Source of the DNA: Zootoca vivipara
Lineage: Eukaryota
Assembly: GCF_963506605.1 (NCBI RefSeq)
Contig: NC_083277.1
Span: 118,420,001-118,484,000, forward strand
Length of the DNA stretch: 64,000 nt
Direction: 5' to 3'
A model generated the notes under the pieces. It did not search any database. It worked only from the letters and a program-made list of their open reading frames with translations, and was not told where the DNA came from. The position numbers were made by a program, and so were the translations under genes. Shown piece by piece: positions 26,429 through 39,525 of the stretch (the first letter of the stretch is position 1; each line of letters opens with the position of its first letter).

Positions 26429-26523
26429 CATAGCTGTCAAGTTCTCCCTTTTTTAAAGGGAAATTCCCTTATGCTGAATAGGCTTCCTTGCGAGAAAAGG
26501 GAAAACTCGACAGCTACGGTATG
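26429..26523. mobile_element. hAT MITE family B (reverse orientation) with a 5-bp insertion in the right TIR
   Basis: TSD atgtgcat / atgagcat. The TIR reads cagcTACGGTAtg instead of cagcTAtg. Confidence 0.85.
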
Positions 26524-27328
26524 ATGAGCATATCTTTAACATGGCCTTTGGTACCTGAGATTTGTATTTTAGGACACATCCTATTTTTGTGATTGTAATT
26601 TGTTTTAAACAGTTCTTCATGTTGTGTTTTAAATCATTGTGCCCTGGTAAACTAGACTGGTTTTTCAAACAGTTTGTGCCGTGATTAATTTATTCATCTT
26701 TTCAGATGCCACAAGATTCACTGTTGTTTTCTGGCAGGTGGGTAATCCTTCCTAAGAAGCAGCAGTCAGTGTTCTCATGATTTCTTTTTCGGCTTTCTTT
26801 GTCAGCCTGGAGTGGATGGAATGAACTGCAGTGGCACTTGGGGACTGCAGCAATCCTGTACTCATTTACGCAGGAGCGAATCTCACTGAACTCCATGGGA
26901 ATGGCTTCTGAGTATATATGCAAGATTGCACAGTAAGGTGAATCTAATTAGGTCAGACATATCAAATACTGCAGAAGCAGTAAAAGTAATCAGAAGGTTC
27001 CCCCCTTAAAAAACCCAGTATTTGTATTGTTAATCGGGGGGGGGGGGAGAGAGAGAGAGAGAGAGAGTAAGTTTGCATTTGGATTATGAAATAAAGGGCA
27101 GATTTAAACTGTTAGGGAATTTTCTGTTTTATTTTTTAAAACCACATCCTTTCAATTCCCTAATTGATTCAGCTGGGCCTGTTTGGTCCCAGCACAGCCT
27201 AGAGAGGGGTGAGGCAACCTCTGGCCAACGCCTGAGCCATTATTGGGGTATATCGCCATCTAGTGACAGAGATCAGAAACACAAAACTGCAGAAACACAA
27301 CACTGCAAATGTGAGGCCGAAAGGATCT

Positions 27329-27998
27329 TGTTGTTTAGTCATTGAGTGTCCCCATGGACCAGAGCACACCAGGCACTCTTGTCTTCCATTGCCTCCCGCA
27401 GTTTGGTCAGACTCATGTTCGTAGCTTCGAGGACACTGTCCAACCATCTCGTACTCTGTCGTCCCCTTCTTGTGCCATCCATCTTTCCCAACATCAGGGT
27501 CTTTTCCAGGGAGTCTTCTCTTCTCATGAGGTGGCCAAAGTATTGGAGCCTCAGCTTCAGGATCTGTCCTTCTAGTGAGTACTCAGGGCTGATTTCCTTC
27601 AGAATGGATAGGTTTGATCTTCTTGCAGTCCATGGGACTCTCAAGAGTCTCCTCCAGCACCATAATTCAAAAGCATCGATTCTTCAGCAATCAGCCTTCT
27701 TTATGGTCCAGCTCTCACTTCCATACATCACTACTGAGAAAACCATAGCTTGAACTATACGGACCTTTGTCGGCAAGGTGATGTATCTGCTTTTTAAGAT
27801 GCTGTCTAGGTTTGTCAATGCTTTTCTCCCAAGAAGCAGGCATCTTTTAATTTCGTGACTGCTGTTACCATCTGCGGTTATCATGAAACCCAAGAAAGTA
27901 AAATCTCTCACTGCCTCCATTTCTTCCCCTTCTATTTGCCAGGAGGTGATGTGACCAGTGGTCATGACCTCCTGGCAAATAGAAGGGGAAGAAATGGA
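27329..27998 (-). mobile_element. BovB LINE, 5'-truncated with a terminal fold-back
   Basis: RT C-terminal peptides on the minus strand. 27967-27998 is the reverse complement of 27916-27947. Possible TSD ggatct. Confidence 0.92.
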
Positions 27999-28918
27999 TC
28001 TAGACCCCTATATTATACAAGCATGTGACATAAAGCATCACTTCACATTCCTGTCCCTCACTTGGATCCCGATTCTCCCAGACTTGCATTACGTATTGTC
28101 ACACCCTTGTTTTCTGCATTAATTCACCTGCTTTAATTAATACCATTCCCCTGGTTTTGGTTTAAAATTGGTAACGTTACTGAATTCCCCCATGTCATTT
28201 GCAGCATGCACTGGAAAACTGGAGGAAACTGGAGAAAGGCATCTCTTTAAAAACAACAACTATATACAGTAGATGCAAATCATAACTGTTGTCTTCTGAG
28301 TGTTCTAAAGGCTTTACATGCATTATCTCGTCAATGACTCCGTAAGGCAAATCTTAATTATTACCCACCATATTGCAGTTGGAGGGCAAAAGACTGAGCT
28401 TGCCCAAGGCTACTCAATCAAAAACTAAACTAGGGACTTCCTGGCTAATAGAGCACTCTTTTAGCTGTATGTTAACAATATCAGTCGTCATTCTGATTAT
28501 TGTTTAATTTTAACTACCCAATTATAAATACACATTCATGTTGGGTGTGCACTAACATGCCTGCCTGCATATATATAGGGTTTCTAGTTTTTATGTTTTC
28601 CTAAGGTGCCTAGGATCTGACAACTATTCATCCACCAGACCAGCCTGTGTTTGTCATGACCCACCAGAGTACATAACAGGGCAAAATGCTGGGCATGTCT
28701 GTGAAAACTCCATAGACACAGCTGATGAAGCCCTGGGAAATGCAGTTACAGGTTTCTGAGGGGTGGCCATCTGCCCTGAAGGAGCTAGGAGCTTCCCCCG
28801 CCCAGCCCAGCCCTGTCACCAGCTCAAGCCTCCAGCTGATCACTGGGTCACATGCTAGAGGAGCTCTGTCATTCTCTCAACCCTGATCCCTTCGGGCACC
28901 ACTCACTGCAGCTCAGCC

Positions 28919-29024
28919 ATGGCCAAGGCACCTCCGCGCACTGTGCTTATCACCGGCTGCTCCTCAGGCATCGGGCTGCGCATGGCTGTGCAACTGGCGC
29001 AGGACCCAAGCAAGCGATTTCACG
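28919..29024 (+). CDS. RDH8: RDH8 exon 1 (MAKAPPRTVLITGCSSGIGLRMAVQLAQDPSKRFH)
   Basis: Kozak gccATGG, SDR cofactor motif TGxxxGIG, donor G|gtgaga. Not present in the ORF track. Confidence 0.95.
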
Positions 29025-29980
29025 GTGAGACTGGGGTATCCGCTAAGGGAACTTGCTTGGGGGAGGACTGTGTGCTCTTTTTGGAATTCTGAAACTCTGG
29101 TGTGGGACCTCTTGCAGAGGAGCAAACCCACATGGAGGAAATGGGTACCCACAAAGTTCTGCACTGTTCAGCCCTGCAACTTGCAGGAAGGGACTGTGGA
29201 ACCAGGGAGGGTGATAACCAGAGAATTAAAAGAATGCAGCATGCTCTGGTTTTCTCTCTTGAACCAGCCATTATTCTCAGGGCTGTGTTATGGTCTGGCA
29301 GCTAGAGCATGCTGTCACACCCACCCTGGCATCTTTATGCCCAGGGAATGTGCCTGCCTGTTCTGCCCACCCAATCTGGCACCCCCTCGGTATTGCAGGA
29401 ACTTTGCTATATTCTCTGTCTGTTTCCCAGGATCCCCTCAGCCCCTGGGCAAGCTACACTTCCAGCCACCAACTCCTTTGCCCACTTCTCACCTCCAGCT
29501 CCAGATCTTGAAATCTCCCCAACCCACTGCTGCCCCATTTTCCACAGGCTAAGCAGAAACAAGCCATTCCTCTTTGCCCAGCAGTTTGGCTGGACCCAGA
29601 CACTGTCCAAAGGCCACTTGCATAACCAACTACACATGGCATGGGGGTAAGAATGTTTCCAAAGCCCAGCTCTTCTCTGCCCCCCACCCCTCTCCATTCC
29701 AGTCCCACCTACTTTGCTCTTTGCTTGCCATGGGAGGCAGAATCCTAATGAGAAGCCTCGTGCTGCTCAGACAGTCCAGAGTTAAGTAACTAGAGCAGGA
29801 AGGTGCTAAGTCCAAAGGGCATTAGGTAGAGAGTGATCTGTTAGGTAAGGCACCGTGGACTGACATACATTTGTATGTGCACAAACACCAGGTATGTCCA
29901 GCAATGAAACACTTGTGTGTTCAACAGCAGAAACTAACATTGTTTGCCCAGTATCCACACACAGCTTTCCAAAACCACAC

Positions 29981-29983
<3 letters not shown>

Positions 29984-30055
<72 letters not shown>
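29984..30055. repeat. (TC)n(CA)n compound microsatellite
   Basis: Direct reading. Confidence 0.95.
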
Positions 30056-30059
<4 letters not shown>

Positions 30060-32267
30060 TGCACCACATTTGTGCATCTACAACATGTCCCACTGGCAAA
30101 AATGTAACAAGGGAGACTAGATCAGGCTAAAACATTAATCTACTCCAGCATACTGTTTATAGAAGCAGCCAGTCTGGTGTTTCAATAAAAGGGGCAGGGC
30201 AGAGATGATCATCCTTTTCTTGTCTGTACTGTATTTTAAAGTCCACTGTTCCTATACATGTAGGTTCCATTTTGATATCATGGGCAATAGACATTAACAG
30301 ATCTATTCCCACCTCCCCGTGAGTTTGAACAAGCCTTTATTAAGGCCATCTAAACTGATGACAGTCACCTCATACAATCATGCACAACAAGAAAAGTATC
30401 ACATGTGGTCGCAGTGAGTCAACACAGCCTGCAATCACACTGCACATACCAATATATAAACACACTGTGGCGCTTGCTCCCCAGACTGAAAAACTTTATG
30501 AAACACTCACACTTCCGACTGCAAATACAGTCACAAATACCATTACCAAAAGAGTCTAGAGTTCTGTGCTAATTCCCTTTCACACCTTACATTCTGTGAC
30601 AACAACAGAAAAATGCACTATTGTATTAAATTACATGTGTGGAGGATATTAGCTCCCCTCAGCCCGGTCTCTCTTAGCTATTGGAATACAGGAGGGAGAA
30701 GAGTGGGATTTTAAAGGATATTAGTAGGAGACAGGTTGGGGCAGGGGATTGGAGTCTTTGAAAAGGGAAGAGGGAGGTGGGCAAGGTAGATTAAGAAAGC
30801 TTCATCTGGATAGCCTGATTACAACATTTAAAGCTGTTTGTCTACAATTGTGGGGTATAGAAACCTGATTTAAATAAATAAATAAAACCAATCCACCTGA
30901 ATTGAGCCCTGTAGGGCTCTGCTATGCAGGATGCTGCTTGAAACCAAACAAGAAGCTTTAGCTTTTTGCAATTTGAGGCCAGACTGAGAGAGAGCACAAA
31001 GAATCCTCGCCTGCCAGCATAAAGCAAAGCTATGAATCAGGATGCCAGCTTTGCAGCTAGCTTCCACATGAACTTAAGCAAACAACCCTCTCCCTTGACC
31101 TCACTTGCCTTACAATGTGGAACAGGATCAACCCTCACGCCAGGTCAGGCTATTTCTTCATCTAACACAGTATTCTCTCTGCTCTTACTGGCAGCAGGTT
31201 TCCAGAGTCACATGGAGACATTTTGCATCCTTCACATCTGTTTACCTGGTCCTTTAAAAACAAAACAAAAACTAGAGATGCCAGGGACTGAAATGGAGAA
31301 CTTCTGAGTCCAAAGCATTGCTCTGTCCCAGGGCTATCAGCCCTCCCCAAAGGGGTATTAGCCAAGGGCAAGGCCCAGTATGTCCTTGACCACCAAGCTG
31401 CCAAACCTTGGGTGGTGGGTAATAACACTAACCTGCCTTGCAAGTTTGACGTCAGGATTACTGTAACTGGGCTGATGCCTGCAAGTGTTTTGAACCCCCT
31501 GGGTGTGTTATCTAAATGCTAAGTATACAGTTGTGTGCTGCAGCATATTTAGACCAGGGTTTGGGGGCCTGTGGGCTCTCAAGGAGTTATTCGACACCCA
31601 AGAGCATTGGGGCAGATGGGAGTTGGAGTCCCACACATCTGGAGGGTTCTCTGCCCCTTTATATATGCTAAGAGCTCTTGTTACGTAACTCCCCATCCAT
31701 AGTGTGTCTGTGTGTTTTGTGGTTGATATTCATTATGCTCATCATTATTTCTCAAAGAGAGGCACACGCAAAACCACATATATAAAATCCAAGCATGTGC
31801 TACACATAGAAAAGCCTAAGTGCACACACATACTTGGCAACAAAGTATTACTTCTCCCCCCCCCCACCTTCCCTTCACAGACTTCACAGAGGGGATTACC
31901 TACAGAGGGATTTGGCATCATGACCCCAAAGCGGCTTACAATGCGTGAATCCTCAATTGCCCTCCTGACCCCTAGCAAAAAAGCTCACATTCCCTACCTC
32001 TGAGCCAGGCAATCGGCTCCCTGGGCCACACGGGTGTCAGGCTATGTAACAGCAATCTGACTTGGGGGGGGGGAGCCTGTCTATGAGCTACTGGAACCCC
32101 CCCTTTCCCCCTCCAGGGTTCTCAAGATGTTCAGCTTTCATTAAAATGCATTCAAGTCTCTAGTCCTTGTAGGGATCTAATTAAATGCATACAGGTTTTT
32201 TTCCACAGTAAAAAGCAAACATGCTGCTGATTTTCAGTGCTCTGTCCAATGAGTGCAAAGCTCTTGG

Positions 32268-32309
<42 letters not shown>

Positions 32310-32459
32310 AAATACTAATTTAAACCTGTGGGGTTAGATGTATATTACTATGCACACTTTGGCAGTTTTTCATGGACATGATGCCCCTCCAATCCACTCT
32401 TAATGCGTCTCAGCACCACAGAACATTGGCTATGCTCCTGTGCACTGTCTCCCTTCCAG

Positions 32460-32621
32460 TCATTGCCACCATGCGCGACCTGCGCAAGAAGGACAAGCTG
32501 GAGGCAGCTGCTGGGGACACACTCAACAAGACCCTCAGCATCCAGCGCCTTGATGTCTGCAGTGATGAGTCTGTGGCTGAGTGCATCAACAGCCTTCCTG
32601 AGAAACGACTGGATGTGCTGG
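32460..32621 (+). CDS. RDH8: RDH8 exon 2 (VIATMRDLRKKDKLEAAAG...LDVCSDESV...LDVL)
   Basis: Acceptor cttccag, donor g|gtaagg, 162 nt, phase consistent. Confidence 0.95.
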
Positions 32622-33091
32622 GTAAGGGGCAGCCAGGAGGAACTCCTTTATCCTATGGCGTCATGCTACAGCTGTGGTGAGGAAAGGGAGGTGCTAAAGG
32701 GAATTCAGCAGAGGGGGGTTTCTACTCTATTAAGTGCAGCAGCATGGCCCACTACATCTTCTCTCTTGAAGCTTAATTACTCATGCAGGTTTAATAAGCA
32801 GGCTTTATTCAGCTCTTGAGAGGGCAGGCATTTTCTCTGCCCAAGAGAAAGGCAGGAAAAGCCTGCATGGTAGGCAGGAATTGCCTTCTTCGCAGCCTTT
32901 ATCCTCAAGTGCACTGCTGCTCATGGGGGCGATTGTCTTCCATACACTTATAAAGAAGAAAGCAAAGGGGCATGCTGTGGGGAGGAGGCTAAATATGTCC
33001 CCTGCCCTTGGTGCCCCCCCCTCCTACCAACTACCGAGAATCCAGCCTGCTCCTTTCTGCACATGCCCCCTCCCTCTTGGTCACTCTAGAG

Positions 33092-33398
33092 CAGGCATGG
33101 CCAACAGGTAGATCGGGATCTACCGGTAGATCCCCAGGATGTTTCTGGTAGATCCCGGGTAGATTGTGGGTTCCTTAGTGATTGCCAGCCTAAAAGAAAA
33201 GAAAGAGCTCTCCCCCGTAAGAAAAGTATTTGGGCAGTGCTCCCCCCAAAAAGGTTACCAAATCTGGTCACCCCCCCTTTCCTTCTCCCTAAAAAAAGCT
33301 CAACAACTTTGAGCCGAACCCCAAAAAATGGGGGTAGATCACCGCCAGATTTTAATTCTGAAAGTAGATCACAGTATCTTGGGAGTTGGCCACCCCTG
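33092..33398 (+). mobile_element. hAT family C copy, abutting another hAT remnant that starts at 33407
   Basis: Perfect TSD ctctagag; followed directly by caggggctggggga...gagggccacattccc. Confidence 0.85.
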
Positions 33399-34867
33399 CT
33401 CTAGAGCAGGGGCTGGGGGAGCTTTTTCAGCCTGAGGGCCACATTCCCTTGGAGAGAACCTTCTGAGGGGCATATGAATGTGGTCGGTGGAGCCAGAGGC
33501 AAAAAATGGGCAGAGCAAGGAACATGATCCTTATCTTTGTACCTTAGGCTACATTCAAGACACATGAAAACCCAAGCCACATGCACACACAGCTCCATCC
33601 TTCTCCCAGGGAGCAATAGCAAACTATATTATCACAGCTCAGGGACGCATTCCAACTAAGCAATAAAAGCATAAATTAACTGCAGTTGATCCAGTTTGTA
33701 GATCAGGGTGCTCAATCCACTATCCTACTAAAATAGCTTATTGTTTTTTGTCTCTGTTTCCCATTTTTACATGTTGGTTTGTCTTTTCAGTTCAGTGTGG
33801 TCAGGACCTTTCTCAGATCCTTAAATGTGTATGTTTCACAAGCATGAGTAGATAAGGGTGCACATAGCCTTGCTCCTAAGGAGAGTCCAAAATCCAGGGA
33901 GCTGTGCTATTCATTAGATAAACAGGCAGGCATGCGCGGGCACATGCACATGGCATAATATGGCACCCAGTTTATGAGAATGTACTAAAATAAGCTGACA
34001 GCCATAGTGTAGGACTTCCTCTGTGCGAATCTGTCACAAACCATGGTAAAACCTGAGAGCCCTGTTATCACTGCGTTCAACTACCAGAATAAGAAGGGTC
34101 TATCTATTATCCTGGTGCTGTGGTAAATGGTGTCATTGCCCTCAATGACATCCCCCTCTCTTACACTATAGGCAGAAAAGCTGCAAAGGAAGTTTGAGAG
34201 GTTCCTACCGGGATGTGATATATCAGCAGCAAATTCACATACACTGTCCAAAATGTGCCCTCTGTCATCAGTCATGGCCTAGTCCCTTTTGTCATGTCTG
34301 AGAAGAGTGGGGTGCATTGTATTTGGAGTTGCTAGGCACAGCTATGATGAGGAGATGCTCTGGTTGCCTAGCAACCACAATGTTTCCCATGGGGAGAGGC
34401 CATTTTGTATACCAACTGCATGCTTGGTATACTAATTGTCCCAGGCTCTAAGCCCTGTCCTCAGGCCTAACAAAGTGTCCACAACACACACACTCACACA
34501 TCTACCTCTAACATCCCTTCCCCAACCTGATGCCCTCCACATATTGTTAAATGGCACTTGTCATTATCTCTGACTGCTGGCCATGCTGGCAGGGACTCAT
34601 GGAAGTTGTAGTCCAAAACAGTTCGAGGACATAATGTTGGGCTAATCTGCAGGAAGAAATGACAGCCATTGATTGAGCATTCCAGGGAGGTAGAAGAAGA
34701 GCTCCTTTTAGGAGGAGAATATGGAGAGGCATGATGAAACCAGGGGTGGAAATAAAACGGGGACTTCCATTCCTGTCCAGACAACACTCTGGCAGTATGG
34801 GAAGCTATGCTGGCCGGAGATTAATGGAACATAGATATTTCTTAATGTCATAATTTATGTTCCCCAG

Positions 34868-35047
34868 TGAACAATGCCGGTGTGGGGCTCGTTGGGCCTG
34901 TAGAGTCCATTTCTATCGATGACATGAAGCGCGTCTTTGAGACCAACTTCTTTGGTGCCATCCGCATGATCAAAGCTGTTCTCCCTGAAATGAAGCGAAG
35001 ACAGAGAGGACACATTGTAGTTATCAGCAGCGTCATGGGATTGCAAG
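34868..35047 (+). CDS. RDH8: RDH8 exon 3 (VNNAGVGLVGP...GHIVVISSVMGLQ)
   Basis: NNAG motif and catalytic Ser region; canonical AG/GT; 180 nt. Confidence 0.95.
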
Positions 35048-36147
35048 GTATGGACGGAATAGGGAGGGCAGGAGGAAGCAGAGCAGAGATATCCAAACTG
35101 AAACGACCTCAAAGCCTTCGCTCTGTAACTCTATAACCAAAGAGACCTCAGGGCCCCACAGATCAGTTCTCTGCCAGCAGTAGTGAAACTCCCACAAATG
35201 ATAGGGAGCATGCAGGATCTTTCATCTGAGATAGGAATGAGTTGGAGTGAGTTTTGGAACATCAAGTTCTACCTCAAAAATTTAGAAAAGAAATCTGGAC
35301 TTTTTTTCAGATAAAACACTGGGTCTCATTTTCCTGGATCTATGACTATCTTGTGACAAACTTTCAGCATTAAGGATCTGACTTTTTTTTTTTAAGTAAG
35401 TCACAAAACTCTAATCTTCAATTCTGGAAATTGCATTATTCTGGCAAATGTGGATTCTAGGGTACACACATTTTCCAAGATAATATGCAATCCTGCTTTG
35501 ATTGTTAGTCTGTATTTATCCCTTGGTGCAACACATCCAAGTGCCACAACCATCAATATGCCCCCTCTCTTTTCCTCAGGCCCTTAAGTACCATCCCAGT
35601 TAAGCTGATCCTCTGTGTTACTTAAGCCTGGATTGAATGCAGGAGTGGGTGGGGGATAGGAGGAGCACATCCCTCAGGTAACAGGTGGAAGGGGTGCCAA
35701 ACAGCACCCTTTTGTGGAAGAGCAAGGAGAGAGGAGGTGTGCCATGGCTGTGCACACACTTAGTGAATCCTTACATTCCGACCAGGGTCCACTTATTGGA
35801 AGAGGTGGGTAGACGTAGAAAAGTCTTCCTCCTTGCAATCTCCAGGAAGAGGAAGGCAAGAAGCTGCAGTGGCTGTAAGAGGATGACAACCATAACAACG
35901 AGAAAGAGTTTCTCCCCATAGTCCCCAATCCCTCCTCCACCACTGCCAGCCATCTCCACCACAGCTGCTCATCTTCCCCTTCCTGGGGTGAGCAAGTAGG
36001 TGGGCTGGTCAAGTTGAAGGCTAGGGCAAAATTTGTATAGCTGGCACTGGCCTTACCATTTCTGTTTTCTCAAGAATGTAAACAACCTGTGGAGCAGTGT
36101 GCGTTGATGGGTATGCTCACTTCAAATCCCTTCTGCTTTCCAACCAG

Positions 36148-36241
36148 GTGTCCCCTTCAATGACGTGTATGCTGCCTCCAAGTTTGCCATGGAAGGTTTC
36201 TGTGAAAGCCTAGCTGTGCAACTCCTCAAATTCAACATTTT
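36148..36241 (+). CDS. RDH8: RDH8 exon 4 ([31 protein letters not shown])
   Basis: YxxxK catalytic motif (YAASK); acceptor caaccag, donor gtgagt; 94 nt. Confidence 0.95.
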
Positions 36242-36479
36242 GTGAGTTGAGTGAGCGACATGGGGGCAGATCTCAAAGAGCTTAAATTCTTCTACCCAGT
36301 TTAGTGAAACTGGAAGGGATTTGCACAAGCAACGTCCTTCCCCGAAACATCAGGGAAAGGTACACTCAGATAGAAACAGAGATGGGCCCAGTTCACACAC
36401 CATATTAAATCACAGTTTAAAACAAAGATGGTACCTCCTGGATCAGGCCGATAGCCCATCTAGTCCAGCATCCTGTTGA

Positions 36480-36797
36480 GTGTTACACTGAGGTCTGTCT
36501 GTTTTTGCTATTTTGTGCTTTTCTTTTTGCGGCTCTTTTTGTGTGTGACTATGTGGAACCCAGTTCAGCTACTGATTGATTGTGTGACTGCAGTACATTG
36601 TTTATTGCTTTCATTTTATGGATCAATGGTATTGTTAGATAGTAAAATTGCTGTTTTAGGGACTGTTTTTAAAAGTCTGGAATGGATTGATCCATTTTGC
36701 ATTACTTTCTATGGGAAAGCGCACCTTGGTTTTGGAATGCTTTGGTTTTGGAACGGACTTCCAGAACAGATTAATTTTGAGAACCAAAGTACCACTG
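36480..36797. mobile_element. Tigger/pogo-like fragment with one intact end
   Basis: Ends ...gagaaccaaagtaccactg|TA. Confidence 0.6.
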
Positions 36798-37040
36798 TAT
36801 ATATAAATAATAGATCTCATGTTGATCGCAATGGCAGAGCTAAGTCCCATTTGCGGAGGCCTTTATATATAATCTAAAATGAACATTAATTCAAATAAGC
36901 TTCCCTGGGGCAATTAAGCAGGGAAGGGCACAGAGGCCCTGGCCGTTTCCTTCCAACTTTAGGCATCTGATGTGATGATCCCAGGCCCAAATGCTGCCTC
37001 ATTTTCTCTCTCTCTCTCTTTCACTCTCCCTCCTACACAG

Positions 37041-37224
37041 CATCTCTCTGGTAGAGCCCGGTCCAGTCAACACAGAATTTGAGATGAAGCTGATGGAGGA
37101 AGTGGCCCGCTCCGAGTTCCCGGGAGCCGATGCTGCCACTGTGCGATACTTCAAGGAGATCTATCTTCCGGCCTCCCATGAGATATTCACCACCATGGGC
37201 CAGACCCCTGAGTATGTGGCTAAG
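37041..37224 (+). CDS. RDH8: RDH8 exon 5 (ISLVEPGPVNTEFE...MGQTPEYVAK)
   Basis: Pyrimidine tract plus cag, donor AAG|gtaggg, 184 nt. Confidence 0.95.
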
Positions 37225-37257
37225 GTAGGGGTCACCCTCATGAGTGACACAGGAAAG

Positions 37258-38314
37258 CAGGGGCGTACCCAGGATCAAAACTGGGGACGACGACAAGCCA
37301 TGGTCGTTCAGGGGTGGGGCCAAGGCATGGGAGGGGAGGGGACACAAAGTGGGAAACGTGGACGGGGCTACGGAGCCCAGGTGAAACTGACTCCGGGAAG
37401 AAGTTTCATCCTGGGCGCCGCGCTGGGGGAGAGCGCGCGCGTGTGCAGCCAGGGGCATCGCAATAGGGGGCGGGGGGGGCCCTGGGCTGCACTTTGTGGG
37501 GGGCAGCGCGGCGCCCCCTCGCCACCTCCACCAGGAGGAGGAGAGGGAGGGAGGGCTGGCCGAACAGCTGCACACTCGAGTTGCCTCCGATCCCACAGAC
37601 CCGGCAGGGGCACAAGCTGAGGTCCGCTCTCCTTTCCCTCCCCGGGGGCAAGGCCTGGCTCTGCGGCTTAGAGCCCCTCCACCTTCTCCGCCTCTTGCTG
37701 CAAAGCCCCCTCCCCTTTCCGCAGCTCCTGCTGCCGCTGCAGCTCAAACAGAAGCGGTGGCGGCGTCCGCTGCGCGCTCCGAGGGCGCGCCGACCCGGGA
37801 GCTGCTGAGGCACTGTGCCTCCGTGGGCTATTGTTGCAGCTGCCAGGAGCGGCCCATGTGCAGCCCCCGGAGTCGGGGCCAGCGGGGTTGGGCACACTGT
37901 CGGGCCGCGGCCGGCAGGATCAGTAAGTGGCGGTGGCGCTGCCGCCGGGGCTGGGCTGGGCTGGTTATGTACGCAGCTCCCGCACTGCCCTCATGCTGGA
38001 GCTCGAGGAGGGGAGGGAGAAACGGAGAGGAGGAGGAAGCCGCTTCCCTGTCCATTGCTCCTCCTTTCCCTTTGCGCGGGTCCCTTCCTCCCAGTGGCGT
38101 TACTAGCCTTTATGCGCGACTGACGCCACACACCCTGGGCAGCTAGAAGGCTAGCAACGCCGCTGCACCTTGCTGAGCCACTTCAGGCTCTTCTTGCGGG
38201 ACCGCGACGCATCTCCAGCTCAGCTGCAGCCACCGTGAAGCAGGACGATTTTTATTTTTTTTTGCTTCAGGGGGGCAGCTGCCCCCCCCCCGCCCCATGC
38301 TGGATATGCCCTTG
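37258..38314. mobile_element. CpG-rich non-autonomous hAT element in RDH8 intron 5
   Basis: TIRs caggggcgtacccag / ctggatatgcccttg; 8-bp TSD caggaaag / cagtaaag. Confidence 0.8.
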
Positions 38315-39525
38315 CAGTAAAGCTTTAAAGCCAGTAGTTCTTCTACAGCCTCACTGACAATTTTCACCTTGCCGGACTGGACTGAGTTGTTTGCATAAGA
38401 CAAAGCAGGAACTGGCCTCTTCCATTGTTCCACACTGGCATCCATTGCTCCCTCCTTCTCTAGCCTGCTGTCCTGTAATGCATACGCAGACCCAGGGCCT
38501 GCTCTACCATTTGACAGAGTGAGGCAGCTGCCTCAGGTGGCAAATGCTGAATGGTGGGAGGTGATGGCAAGGTGTTGGGAAGACAGAGCTGTGCACATGG
38601 CCTTCCCTGTCCCACTCAGTTCCCCTGTTCCCGTCAGGTGCAGTTGCCCACCAGTCCACCTGTCTTCTGTACATGGAACTGGGAGAAGCATCTTCTTCTT
38701 CTTCTTCACCTCAGATAGCAAAATGCCTTGATCCAGCTCAGGCTACTATTTGTTTCTTTTAAGCTTTATTTCTCACATTTCACCATGTAGGTCTCAAAGT
38801 GACATACTACAATAAAATACACAGCATACAGGATTTAAAACATGAATTAAGCTTCCAAAAATTTAAACCTCATAATTTAAAATATTTTTAATAAGTTTTG
38901 TGGTTTTTTTAAAATCATCCAAGAAGCATTCAAAGTGCAAAGGCATCCTGAAATAAACTGGTTTTGACCAAGCATCTGAAACTCAGTAGGGACGGTGCCT
39001 GTTTAACTTCTTGTGGGAGAAAGTTGCAATCAAACAGGTCAGCTTGGGACATCAAGGCCTCCATGACAACCCTGGGGCAGCCTCAGTATATCAGCCACAC
39101 CCTGGACCTCATCTTTGCCACAGAGCAGACCTTGATGGCTGGGGCAGGGTGGGAAGCTGCTTGCTTTGAATCAGTTGTCATGGCCACACAATTCCTGGTA
39201 AGGTTTGGGCTGCATGCTCCCCTGTTCAAGGGTGATGGAACCACTAAGATGGTCCACCCTGAGACTGATGGAACCTGATGGATCCTTGCATGCCCTGGCT
39301 GACATGGCCAGTGCTCCTGTTCATGCTCTTGCCTCACTGTGGAACACTGATGTGTCAAAGGCAGTATCCTTCTGACTACCACCTGCTAGGGATCAGGGGA
39401 GGGGGTATTGCGCTCATGCACTGCTTGTGAGCTAGCCACCATGAGAGCAAAATGCTGGACTCAATATGCCAAGATGTGAAGGAGTTGTATCAAAATACCA
39501 ACCTCTTTCCACCTCCCACCTTCAG

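Noticed and set aside
28300-28918. CRX/NRL photoreceptor elements upstream of RDH8
   Set aside because: Only an isolated GATTA (~28495) was seen, which is not above chance.
36991-38146. Overlapping 160-216 aa ORFs in RDH8 intron 5
   Set aside because: Low-complexity frames within a GC-rich non-autonomous transposon; no transposase motifs.
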